Assembly (NCBI GenBank): GCA_963718585.1
Contig: OY970357.1
Coordinates: 240,001-272,000 of the forward strand
DNA from: Candidatus Saccharimonadota bacterium
GTDB lineage: Bacteria; Patescibacteriota; Patescibacteriia; 2-12-FULL-60-25
DNA: 32,000 nucleotides
Reading direction: 5' to 3'
In this document: piece by piece, positions 7,564-15,316 of the stretch
How the letters are laid out: every line of letters starts with the position of its first letter
Position numbering within the stretch: the stretch's first letter is position 1
Made by a program: the position numbers and the translations under genes
The notes under the pieces: generated by a model
The model's database searches: none
Seen by the model: the letters and a program-made list of their open reading frames with translations, nothing else
What the model was told of the DNA's origin: nothing

Positions 7564-8582
7564 CCGGATTGACCGGGCGGGGGGTGTACTATCAGACTTT
7601 GGAAAAGCGGATCGCAGAAGGACAGCCGGTTTCTGTCATCTCGATCGACATGGCGTTCTTGAAACTGTTTGATAAAGAAGGCGGAAAGGAGACCGGTGAC
7701 ATCGCGATCATGACCGCGGGACGGATCCTCGACTTCGTCGCGCGGGAAGCGGCAGCGTCGGGCATCCCGGTCGAAGCGCATCGGGTCGGCGGCGACGAAT
7801 TCGCCCTGTCCGTCGGATCTGCGGATCCAAAGGTCCTTGATGCGTTGACCCGAAAGATCCGCGTCGAACAGGCACGCGTCGGGAAGATCCCGGCGTTCGA
7901 AGGAGCGCTGCAGACCTACCCGCCGGAAGCACTCCAGTTCAACATCGGTATCGCCTCGGCTGCTTCGCCGGATGATCTTCGAGCGACGTTCGCAAAAAAG
8001 GGGATCCAAACTCCTCCGGAAGCGGATCCGACGAGCGAGCGGCGGTTCATGGCCGATACGCTCAATCAGTTGGCGGATAAGGAGATCGAAGGGGAGAAGA
8101 TCATCCGCCGTTTCGCGTTCCTTCTGACCCGTTCGCTCGAATTACAGCGTGCATCCGACGAAGAGCGCCCAGCAAAGCAGATGGCGCTCAAGACGCTCAT
8201 GGCCTATTCGGAGAAATCCATCTTCGGGGAGGAGGGGAAGCGGCGTATGGCTCAGTGGATCCCACGTTTGCTCAAGCGCGAACGCACGGTCGCAGAACTG
8301 ATCCAAAAGGAGATCCTGCCATTCGTCACGCAACAGCTGGAGATGAAGGGGAAAGCGGCTTTCGAGGTCTCGACGGATCTCCAGCATGGGGTCGAGACGG
8401 ATATCCGCCTGAGTTTGAATGAATTGCAGATCGCGGAATTGGAAGAGGAGTTGGAACATTTAGCGAAAAAACTCGGAGCTGAGCATGAACGGGTCGCGGA
8501 TCTTCGGAAGGCGCTCGTGAGTGCCAAGGCGGAAAAAGAGGAGATCGCCGGACTCCGCGAACAGATCACGAAGGCTGCGTAA
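7530..8582 (+). CDS. GGDEF domain protein (putative diguanylate-cyclase-type nucleotidyl cyclase) with coiled-coil tail
   Basis: Motifs present are RDALTGLTGRGVYYQTL, VISIDMAFLKLFDKEGGKETGD and HRVGGDEFAL (exact GGDEF). The only possible start is TTG at 7530, which overlaps the previous ORF by 34 nt. The same frame is open and helix-like back to 7455 (see findings). Confidence 0.8.
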   Translation: MEIERSKRDALTGLTGRGVYYQTLEKRIAEGQPVSVISIDMAFLKLFDKEGGKETGDIAIMTAGRILDFVAREAAASGIPVEAHRVGGDEFALSVGSADPKVLDALTRKIRVEQARVGKIPAFEGALQTYPPEALQFNIGIASAASPDDLRATFAKKGIQTPPEADPTSERRFMADTLNQLADKEIEGEKIIRRFAFLLTRSLELQRASDEERPAKQMALKTLMAYSEKSIFGEEGKRRMAQWIPRLLKRERTVAELIQKEILPFVTQQLEMKGKAAFEVSTDLQHGVETDIRLSLNELQIAELEEELEHLAKKLGAEHERVADLRKALVSAKAEKEEIAGLREQITKAA

Positions 8583-8626
8583 CATCTCGCGGAAAGGGCT
8601 CGGTTATGCTATGATCTTTCCTAACT

Positions 8627-9790
8627 ATGGCCATTCGACCACATCGTCACGGGGCGCATGAAGGCTTCTCCCGGCCGCCGACGCCTGCCATCTATCGCCG
8701 GATCGCCTATTCTTTTTTTGCGTTCGCGGTCCTCGTTGTCATCGGTGCATTGTGGATCTCCTCGGTCCGGGCCCGCGTCACCATTCACGTGAAGAAGCAG
8801 TCTGCGAATCTCCAGACCACCGTCGATGTCTCAAAATCACCGGAACAAGGGCAATTGCCCGGCCGGATCGTCGAAGGAACGTTCGAGAAGATCCAGGAAT
8901 TCTCCGTGAAGGCCAATAATGCGCCGGTCGTGGATACTCCGGTCGTGGGGACCGTGAAGATCGTCAATAGCTATTCGAAGGAGCAGACGCTCGTGAGTAC
9001 GACGCGGCTGTTGACCTCTGATGGCCGCCTTTACCGTCTAGATAAGACGGTCGTCGTCCCGTCCGGTGGATCCGTGACCGTATTGGCTCATAGTGATCAG
9101 AATGGTGCGAAGTACGTCATTCCCGTCGGGACCAAACTTTCGATCCCTGGGTTGTGGATAGATCTGCAGAAGTGGATCTATGCCGAATCGGTCAGCGGAT
9201 TCCAAGGGGGGAGCGCTTCGACGAAGATCGTGACCCAGCTGGATGTGAGTCAATCAGAGAAAGCGCTGGAGGATGCGGTGTTCGAACAGGCGAAGTCTAC
9301 CTTGGCCGCACAGGCGAATGTCGGTCAGGACTATGGCGTCGTGTATCAAAAGAAGGTCGTAGACGAAAAGAGCAACGTTCAGCCGGGTCAGCAGTCTGAC
9401 TCCTTCCTCGTCTCCGTCAAACTTGATGTCACGGCTGTGTATTATCCGAACAAAGATATGGAGGCCCTGTTGCGGACCAAGCTGAAAGAGCGTCTCCCGG
9501 ATGGATACGATCTGACCAATTTCGATCCGAAAACCGCGGTATTCAGCATCGAACGCGCGGATCCAACGGTTGAAACGTCGCGATTGGACGTTTCGGCGCA
9601 GGCGGCGTCGCAGCTTTCGACAGACAGTCCGTCCATCTCCAAGGATGCGATCGCCGGGTTGTCCGTCGATGCCGCGAAGATGAAATTGCAGGCGGTCGAC
9701 GGTGTGGATTCTGTGGATATCGAGATCCGGCCGACGTGGATCGGGAAGTTGCCGGGGATGAAGGACCATATCGATCTGACCGTTCAGTGA
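8627..9790 (+). CDS. Membrane-anchored hypothetical protein (basic N-terminus, one TM helix, beta-rich extracytoplasmic domain)
   Basis: The 387-aa ORF has the TM segment IAYSFFAFAVLVVIGALWISSV followed by VTIHVKK...GTVKIVNSYSKEQTLVSTTRLLTSDGRLYRLDKTVVVPSGG. From memory it resembles a family common in small-genome bacteria that is sometimes labelled baseplate-J-like. This is unverified. Confidence 0.75.
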   Translation: MAIRPHRHGAHEGFSRPPTPAIYRRIAYSFFAFAVLVVIGALWISSVRARVTIHVKKQSANLQTTVDVSKSPEQGQLPGRIVEGTFEKIQEFSVKANNAPVVDTPVVGTVKIVNSYSKEQTLVSTTRLLTSDGRLYRLDKTVVVPSGGSVTVLAHSDQNGAKYVIPVGTKLSIPGLWIDLQKWIYAESVSGFQGGSASTKIVTQLDVSQSEKALEDAVFEQAKSTLAAQANVGQDYGVVYQKKVVDEKSNVQPGQQSDSFLVSVKLDVTAVYYPNKDMEALLRTKLKERLPDGYDLTNFDPKTAVFSIERADPTVETSRLDVSAQAASQLSTDSPSISKDAIAGLSVDAAKMKLQAVDGVDSVDIEIRPTWIGKLPGMKDHIDLTVQ

Positions 9791-9814
9791 GTCGAGATAC
9801 GGGCGGTCTCCTCA

Positions 9815-10018
9815 CGCTTCAGTCGGATCCGCTTGACGGGGGACGGTCGCCAACCTATCCTTTTTTCGCCAGCCAGATTCACCACCTGGCGTCAGAAAAT
9901 CTCAAGATGAAAGCGTCCTCCGGAAACGGAGGGAAATCGGGTGGAACCGCGGTCCTGTTTGACGGGATCGTCCCGGCGAAAGGTCACGATTGACGTGACG
10001 GATCGTCGGGTATTTTTT
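9815..10018 (+). promoter_or_regulatory. T-box riboswitch leader (transcription attenuation type) upstream of thrS
   Basis: The T-box sequence AAAUCGGGUGGAACCGCG lies at 9934-9951. The antiterminator has helix A1 (9938-9941 with 9972-9975), a 7-nt bulge UGGAACC, and helix A2 (9949-9955 with 9965-9971). Stem III is CCUCCG-GAAA-CGGAGG (9917-9932). The competing terminator pairs CCCGGCGA (9972-9979) with UCGUCGGG (10003-10010), encloses the inner stem GUCACG/CGUGAC, and is followed by UAUUUUUU. Candidate Thr codons ACC lie at 9881-9886. The 5' boundary and Stem I are not resolved. Confidence 0.8.
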
Positions 10019-10101
10019 ATGAAAAAAGGATGTAGGCAACAGGATGTAGGGCTCAAAGACCTACGCGATCGCCTCCCATTCACTCATTACCACCTCCAGA
10101 T

Positions 10102-11877
10102 ATGGACTATCCCATAGAGACTCGCCGCCACAGCGCGGCCCATGTCATGGCTGCGGCCATCAAGCGTCTGTTTCCAGACGCCAAATTCGGTGTTGGACCG
10201 ACGGTCGAGCACGGATTCTATTATGACATCGACATCGGTCGTACGGTCGAACCGAAGGATCTCGAGGCGATCGAGACCGAGATGCGTAAGATCGTGAAGG
10301 AAGATCCGGAGTTTACGCGTGAGGAGGTCGGGATCGACGAGGCGATCGCGTTGTTCGGAAAACTCGGTCAATCGTACAAGGTCGAGCTCCTGAACGACCT
10401 GAAGACGCGAGGAACGACCAAGATGACCGAGGAGGAACGGATGGATCTCGATCCGGTCAATGTTGCGCATGCATCGGTCTATCATACCGGTGATTTTCTG
10501 GATCTTTGTCGCGGGCCGCACGTCGGTCGTGCATCCGAGATCGGCGCGTGGAAGTTGACCAAGGTGTCCGGGGCCTATTGGCGCGGAAAACAGGAGAATC
10601 CGCAGATGCAGCGGATCTACGGGTTGTGTTTTGCGACATCGGAAGAACTCAAAGCCTACGAGAAGCTGTTAGAGGAGGCGGAGAAGCGCGACCATCGTGT
10701 GTTGGGTCCCGCACTCGGGATCTATGCGTTCCATCCGTACGCACCAGGAATGCCTTTTTTCCTCCCGCACGGTACGACCATTCGCAACGTGCTGGAGACG
10801 TTCGTCCGCGAGGTCTCGTACGGCGACGGGTATAAAGAGATCCGCACGCCGCAGATCTTCGATGCGGAGCTGTGGAAGACGTCCGGACACTGGGAACATT
10901 ACCAGGACGATCTCTTTCGGATGAACGTAGATGATCGCGAGATGGCGGTGAAGCCCATGAACTGTCCGGCGCACATGCTCGTGTTCAAGATGGGGCTTCA
11001 TTCCTATCGCGATCTGCCGATCCGGTATGCAGAAGTGACCACACTCCATCGATATGAATTGTCTGGAACGTTGGGCGGCTTATCCCGCGTCCGTGCGTTC
11101 GGTCAGGATGATACGCACATCTTCGCTCGCCCCACGCAGGTCCAGGCGGAGGTCGTGGCGCTTTTAGAGCGCGTCCGCAAGGTTTATGACACCTTTGACC
11201 TCCCGATCGCCGAAGCAGTGCTCTCGACGCGTCCGGAGAAGTTCCTTGGGGAGGCAGAGACCTGGGACAAGGCGGAGCAGGATCTGAAAGCGGCACTAGC
11301 TGCATCAGGTATCCCGTTCGGCATCAACGAAGGAGATGGCGCATTCTACGGTCCGAAGATCGACATTCGTGTCAAAGATGTCCTTGGACGTAAATGGCAG
11401 CTTGCGACGGTCCAACTCGATTTCCAGATGCCACGACGGTTCGAACTCGCGTATGTGGAAGAGGATGGGTCGCGACAGACGCCAGTCGTCATCCATCGCG
11501 CGATCCTCGGTTCGGTCGAGCGGTTCCTCTCCATCCTCATCGAGCATTATGCCGGCGCCTTCCCGAGCTGGCTCGCACCGGTCCAGATCGGTGTCCTGCC
11601 CGTAGCGGATCGGCACCTGGACTTTGCCCGGACGCTCGCCGCCGAACTGCGGACACATGGCTTTCGTGTCGAGGTGGATGAGACGACCGAATCGGTCGGG
11701 AAGAAGATCCGAAATGCGGAAAAGGCGAAAGTCCCGGTCATGCTGGTGGTGGGGGACAAGGAGGCGAGCGGGGATCTGCTTACGGTCCGGCGCCGTGGTG
11801 CAAAAGATCAGGAGACCGTTGCCAAGGATGCATTCATCGCCGACTTGACCGACGAGATCCATTCTCGCCGCGCCTGA
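10102..11877 (+). CDS. thrS: Threonine--tRNA ligase (starts at the editing domain; no N-terminal TGS domain)
   Basis: The 591-aa ORF is collinear with bacterial ThrRS from RHSAAHVMAAAIKRLFP (editing-domain HxxxH). It continues through class II motifs (MNCPAHMLVF, FGQDDTHIF, GDGAFYGPKIDI, VIHRAILGSVERF) and the anticodon-binding domain. It is about 50-60 aa shorter at the N-terminus than E. coli ThrRS. Confidence 0.97.
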   Translation: MDYPIETRRHSAAHVMAAAIKRLFPDAKFGVGPTVEHGFYYDIDIGRTVEPKDLEAIETEMRKIVKEDPEFTREEVGIDEAIALFGKLGQSYKVELLNDLKTRGTTKMTEEERMDLDPVNVAHASVYHTGDFLDLCRGPHVGRASEIGAWKLTKVSGAYWRGKQENPQMQRIYGLCFATSEELKAYEKLLEEAEKRDHRVLGPALGIYAFHPYAPGMPFFLPHGTTIRNVLETFVREVSYGDGYKEIRTPQIFDAELWKTSGHWEHYQDDLFRMNVDDREMAVKPMNCPAHMLVFKMGLHSYRDLPIRYAEVTTLHRYELSGTLGGLSRVRAFGQDDTHIFARPTQVQAEVVALLERVRKVYDTFDLPIAEAVLSTRPEKFLGEAETWDKAEQDLKAALAASGIPFGINEGDGAFYGPKIDIRVKDVLGRKWQLATVQLDFQMPRRFELAYVEEDGSRQTPVVIHRAILGSVERFLSILIEHYAGAFPSWLAPVQIGVLPVADRHLDFARTLAAELRTHGFRVEVDETTESVGKKIRNAEKAKVPVMLVVGDKEASGDLLTVRRRGAKDQETVAKDAFIADLTDEIHSRRA

Positions 11878-11896
11878 AGATCGGGTAAAACAAAAA

Positions 11897-11923
11897 CGCC
11901 CTGCTAAAGCGGGGCGTTTTTTT
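11897..11923. terminator. Bidirectional intrinsic terminator between convergent thrS and the 670-aa gene
   Basis: CGCCCTGC-taaa-GCGGGGCG stem (8 bp with one G-U), preceded by an A-run (caaaaa) and followed by TTTTTTT. Confidence 0.85.
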
Positions 11924-11929
11924 GATCGT

Positions 11930-13942
11930 TCAACCTGAGATGCGACGGTTGCGACGTGTGGTCGCCTGGGCGCGCTGTCGTGAGCCTCGCATCACGTCCT
12001 TCACGCCGCGTTTCTCTGCTAGCGCTTTCTGGACGAGAGCGTTCCCGCTAAGGCCCAGCGCATCATTCCATCGCTTCACATCTGCTAATTGGCGCTGGAT
12101 CTCATCCTCATTCCCCGCCTTCAGGGCGGAGATGTAGCGGGCGACCGTGTAGACATACTGGGTCGCGGGATCCGTCTCTGTGCCTGTCGTGCCTGGGTTG
12201 CGGAGTGGGCCGGCCAAGAGAGAGGCGTCCGGATGTTTCTTGACCGCCTTTGCCGCAAGGTCCCACAGTTTTGCCGCATCTGGAACAAGGACACGAGCGG
12301 TCTCGATATCCATGGGCATGCCGAACATCTCGCGCTCGACCTGCTTCCCAGCGCGCATCACGGACTCCGGCGGCTTCGGGACCTCGCGCTTCGCCTTTTT
12401 GCGGATCCCGGAGACTTCTTCTTCCTCTTCTGCGACCTCTGGTTGGATCGTGATGGCCGGTCGTTCGGTCTTTCGGGTTCGTTTTGGTGAACGTTCCTTG
12501 ACCGGTGTCTCTGTGAGGCCTGCAAGCTGGCCCGCTTCGCGTTTCAACGCTTCTCGGGAACGTGTTCGTCCGAGGGCGCGCGTTTCAGTGAGGCGACTTG
12601 CGCCCAGTCCCACGAGCGGATCGTGCGGCAGGTTCAGCGCCTTGGTCCATGCGTCGAGCTCGTTCTTTTTTTGATCCGCGGCCTTCTCATGCTCCTTGGC
12701 TTCTTTCTTGGTCCGGAATTCTTCCGCCTCACGTCCTTGGCGCAGCTCGTTCACATATTCGGCGGCGGCGATGACGTACTCCGTCGGGGTGAATCCAAAC
12801 TTCTTTCGCGCGGCGGATTCATCCTTCACGCCCATGGCCAAATTCACTTCATTCCAGATCTGATGCGCCTGCCCAGGCGCGAGTCTCTGCTCTGCAAGCG
12901 TGAGCTGTTCGCGCTCTGCGGCTTCGGCGGCCTCAGTTGCGCGCTTGGCCCGCGTCCCACTTTCCGGTGCAACCTCTTCCGGTTCGCCGAGATATTCGGC
13001 TTCGAGCTGGGCAGCGGTCTTTTCGCGTGCTGAACCGAACTCTTCCTCCGCTGCGAGACGGCCTTCACGGCGTACGGCTTCCGCCGCATCGTTCGCTGTC
13101 GTCTGGCGAGCGGATACGATAGCTTCTGCGCCCGTGCTTCCCGCGGGACGACCGATCAACGACGGCCCGATCTCTTCGTCGAGTGCGTTCGCCTTATCCC
13201 GATTCGTTCGCCATTCTTTTAACAATGCATCGCTTCCCGTGAGTTGATTGAGCCAGAGACGGAATCGGTTCCCAAACGTCTTTGGTCTGGCGCCGGCGAT
13301 CATCTGTTCGGGGGAGATGCCGTACTCGCGTTGAAGCTGAGCGGAAAGTTCATCCGCACGCGCGTTCAGCCGTTCGAGCTGCTGTCGTGAGGTCCGTTCG
13401 CGCGCAGTGAGTTTTTCGATATTCTGCTTCTCCGGCGAGTGATCCATCGCATACTCTCGGAACGCTTGGTTCGGGTCCATATGCAGGAGCTCCAGCGCAT
13501 GGTCGAGTTGCTTCAGCGTTCTCCAATTCGCCTCCATCTGTCGTTGGTCCTTCGGGTCATTGCTCTGGCGGAGCCATGCCTGCATGCCCTCGATGCCCTG
13601 TTTTGCCTGTGTGAGGTTGTGGGCGGTCATCTCCATGGAGGGACGGTTGAAAGTCCCGTGCTGCATGGAGGACTGGAACATGGTATCGAACTTCCGCAGG
13701 GAAGATTCGGCCATGGAGATCGGATCCGCTCCTTCGCGGAGCTTGGATTCGATGTCAGAGATCCGCTGTGCAGCCTCCTGATCGCTCAGATTTCGCATCT
13801 CGCGGGTCTCACGCGCCCGTTCGGTCAGCTCTTTGAGCGTGGGGACGTGTTCTGCGCCGACCCGGGCGTTGGGGGACGGCGTATGTTCTTTTTGGGGATG
13901 GGCGGCGTTTCGCCGCGCGGCATTCTCGTTTGAACGGGGCAT
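11930..13942 (-). CDS. Hypothetical highly charged protein (670 aa, E/A/R/K-rich, internal duplication)
   Basis: This is a long uninterrupted ORF flanked by terminators on both sides. No enzymatic motif, TM helix or signal peptide is recognisable. Two related modules (...TEYVIAAAEYVNELRQG...ELDAWTKALNL and ...TQYVYTVARYISALKAGNEDE...VKRWNDALGL) indicate real coding sequence. Confidence 0.75.
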   Translation of the reverse strand: MPRSNENAARRNAAHPQKEHTPSPNARVGAEHVPTLKELTERARETREMRNLSDQEAAQRISDIESKLREGADPISMAESSLRKFDTMFQSSMQHGTFNRPSMEMTAHNLTQAKQGIEGMQAWLRQSNDPKDQRQMEANWRTLKQLDHALELLHMDPNQAFREYAMDHSPEKQNIEKLTARERTSRQQLERLNARADELSAQLQREYGISPEQMIAGARPKTFGNRFRLWLNQLTGSDALLKEWRTNRDKANALDEEIGPSLIGRPAGSTGAEAIVSARQTTANDAAEAVRREGRLAAEEEFGSAREKTAAQLEAEYLGEPEEVAPESGTRAKRATEAAEAAEREQLTLAEQRLAPGQAHQIWNEVNLAMGVKDESAARKKFGFTPTEYVIAAAEYVNELRQGREAEEFRTKKEAKEHEKAADQKKNELDAWTKALNLPHDPLVGLGASRLTETRALGRTRSREALKREAGQLAGLTETPVKERSPKRTRKTERPAITIQPEVAEEEEEVSGIRKKAKREVPKPPESVMRAGKQVEREMFGMPMDIETARVLVPDAAKLWDLAAKAVKKHPDASLLAGPLRNPGTTGTETDPATQYVYTVARYISALKAGNEDEIQRQLADVKRWNDALGLSGNALVQKALAEKRGVKDVMRGSRQRAQATTRRNRRISG

Positions 13943-13965
13943 AGAAGTTGTGGTTATCGGCTAGG

Positions 13966-14000
13966 ATAACACAAAACACCCCGCTCTGGCGAACGGGGCG
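13966..14000 (-). terminator. Intrinsic terminator downstream of rplT (minus strand)
   Basis: The minus-strand RNA reads CGCCCCG-uucgccagag-CGGGGUG followed by UUUUGUGUU. Confidence 0.65.
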
Positions 14001-14019
14001 TTGTTTGACCATCCGTGGT

Positions 14020-14358
14020 TCAGACCTTGGCGATCTTGGTGAAGACTTCCGGGTACTTTCGCGCGATCTCGGAAAGCGACTTGCGATCCAATTCGATCTT
14101 GCGCTTTTTGAGGTCGCCCATGATCCGGCTGTAGGAGATCCCCAGCTCACGCGCGGCAGCGCTGATGCGGATCTGCTGCAGGCCGCGGTTGTTCCGCTTC
14201 TTGAGCTTGCGGTCGCGATACGCGTTGACGCCTGCCTTGATGCCGGCCGTCTTTGCGAGGGTGATCTTGGATTTGCGCCCCCATTTCATGCCCTTGGTGC
14301 GGGCGAGGATGTTCTTGCGGCGCTTGATGCGGTGGGTACCGCGCTTGACTCGTGGCAT
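14020..14358 (-). CDS. rplT: 50S ribosomal protein L20
   Basis: MPRVKRGTHRIKRRKNILARTKGMKWGRKS... is the canonical L20 N-terminus. The gene is last in the infC-rpmI-rplT operon. Confidence 0.97.
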   Translation of the reverse strand: MPRVKRGTHRIKRRKNILARTKGMKWGRKSKITLAKTAGIKAGVNAYRDRKLKKRNNRGLQQIRISAAARELGISYSRIMGDLKKRKIELDRKSLSEIARKYPEVFTKIAKV

Positions 14359-14362
14359 AGGA

Positions 14363-14548
14363 TTAGGAAGCGATCAGGGTCTTGATGTTCTTCTCGAACG
14401 CAGGGCCCACCTTCATGTCGCGGCGCTTGTTGCGCGTGACCTTTCCGGATTCGCGGCTATTGAAATGGTCCTGCCCGGCTTTGCGCTTGAGCAGTTTACC
14501 GCGCTTGGTGACCTGGATGCGCTTGGCCGTGGCTTTGTGCGTCTTCAT
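14363..14548 (-). CDS. rpmI: 50S ribosomal protein L35
   Basis: 61 aa, MKTHKATAKRIQVTKRGKLLKRKAGQDH..., located between infC and rplT. Confidence 0.95.
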   Translation of the reverse strand: MKTHKATAKRIQVTKRGKLLKRKAGQDHFNSRESGKVTRNKRRDMKVGPAFEKNIKTLIAS

Positions 14549-14616
14549 AGGGGTTTCTGATGCGGCTGAGAATAGCGGATGTCAGGGATCTTGTCCAGAG
14601 GTGGCTTTGCGACCGA

Positions 14617-15171
14617 TCAGGATTTGCGCGCGATGACGGCGTTGACGTTGCCGCCCTGGCGGCTCGGCGCCTGTTCGATCACGACCGGATAGGTCTCTTC
14701 GAGCAATTTCACGAAATCCGTGATGCGCTGGAATGCGAGCTCTCCGTGCGCCTTTTCCCGGCCGCGCATGCGGATCTCGAGTTTGATCTTGTGGCCGCTC
14801 TCAAGGAAGTCGAGCGCTTTCTTCTTTCGGGTCTCGAGGTCATGCGCACCCATCTTCACAGATAGACGAACGCCTTTGACATCCACCTTTTTCGCGTGTG
14901 CTTTTTGCGCCTGCTGCTCTTTGGCTTTTTGATACTTGAATGTACCGAAGTCCAGGAGTTTGCAGACGGGCGGTTGGGCTTTCGGAGAGACTTCGACCAG
15001 ATCGAATTCTCGCTCCCGTGCGAGAGCGAGAGCGTCTGATGTTTTCATCACCCCCAAAGCCGCTCCGTTCTCATCAATGAGACGGATCTCGGGAACGCGG
15101 ATCTGCTCGTTCGCACGGTAGATCTGATTCTGGGGGATGACCGGACTACGCCGGCGATAATGGATGCGCAT
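14617..15171 (-). CDS. infC: Translation initiation factor IF-3
   Basis: ANEQIRVPEIRLIDENGAALGVM...FDLVEVSPKAQPPVCKLLDFGTFKYQ matches IF-3. I chose the ATG at 15171 (MRIHYRRR...), which gives 184 aa. The 274-aa ORF extension up to 15441 runs into the tmRNA gene and has no IF-3 similarity. A non-ATG start nearby cannot be excluded. Confidence 0.88.
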   Translation of the reverse strand: MRIHYRRRSPVIPQNQIYRANEQIRVPEIRLIDENGAALGVMKTSDALALAREREFDLVEVSPKAQPPVCKLLDFGTFKYQKAKEQQAQKAHAKKVDVKGVRLSVKMGAHDLETRKKKALDFLESGHKIKLEIRMRGREKAHGELAFQRITDFVKLLEETYPVVIEQAPSRQGGNVNAVIARKS

Positions 15172-15316
15172 TGGGTTTTGGGATAGTAGGCGGTAGCTCG
15201 GTTTGTGTTCGCTGATCGTCTTGCTCCGACGAAGGTCGGGGCAAAGCGCAGGCGGTCGCCGGGGCGCAAACAGGCGCTGGAGGCGCATGCGTGGCGCAAG
15301 GCGACGTCGCCGAGCA

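Noticed and set aside
10019-10101. A short uORF (ATG 10019, about 32 codons, running into the thrS start), and the direct repeat AGGATGTAGG x2 (10027-10036 and 10041-10050) between the T-box terminator and thrS.
   Set aside because: The uORF has no SD, no conservation evidence and no known role downstream of a T-box terminator. The 10-nt repeat and the small GTAGG/CCTAC hairpin are too short to interpret.
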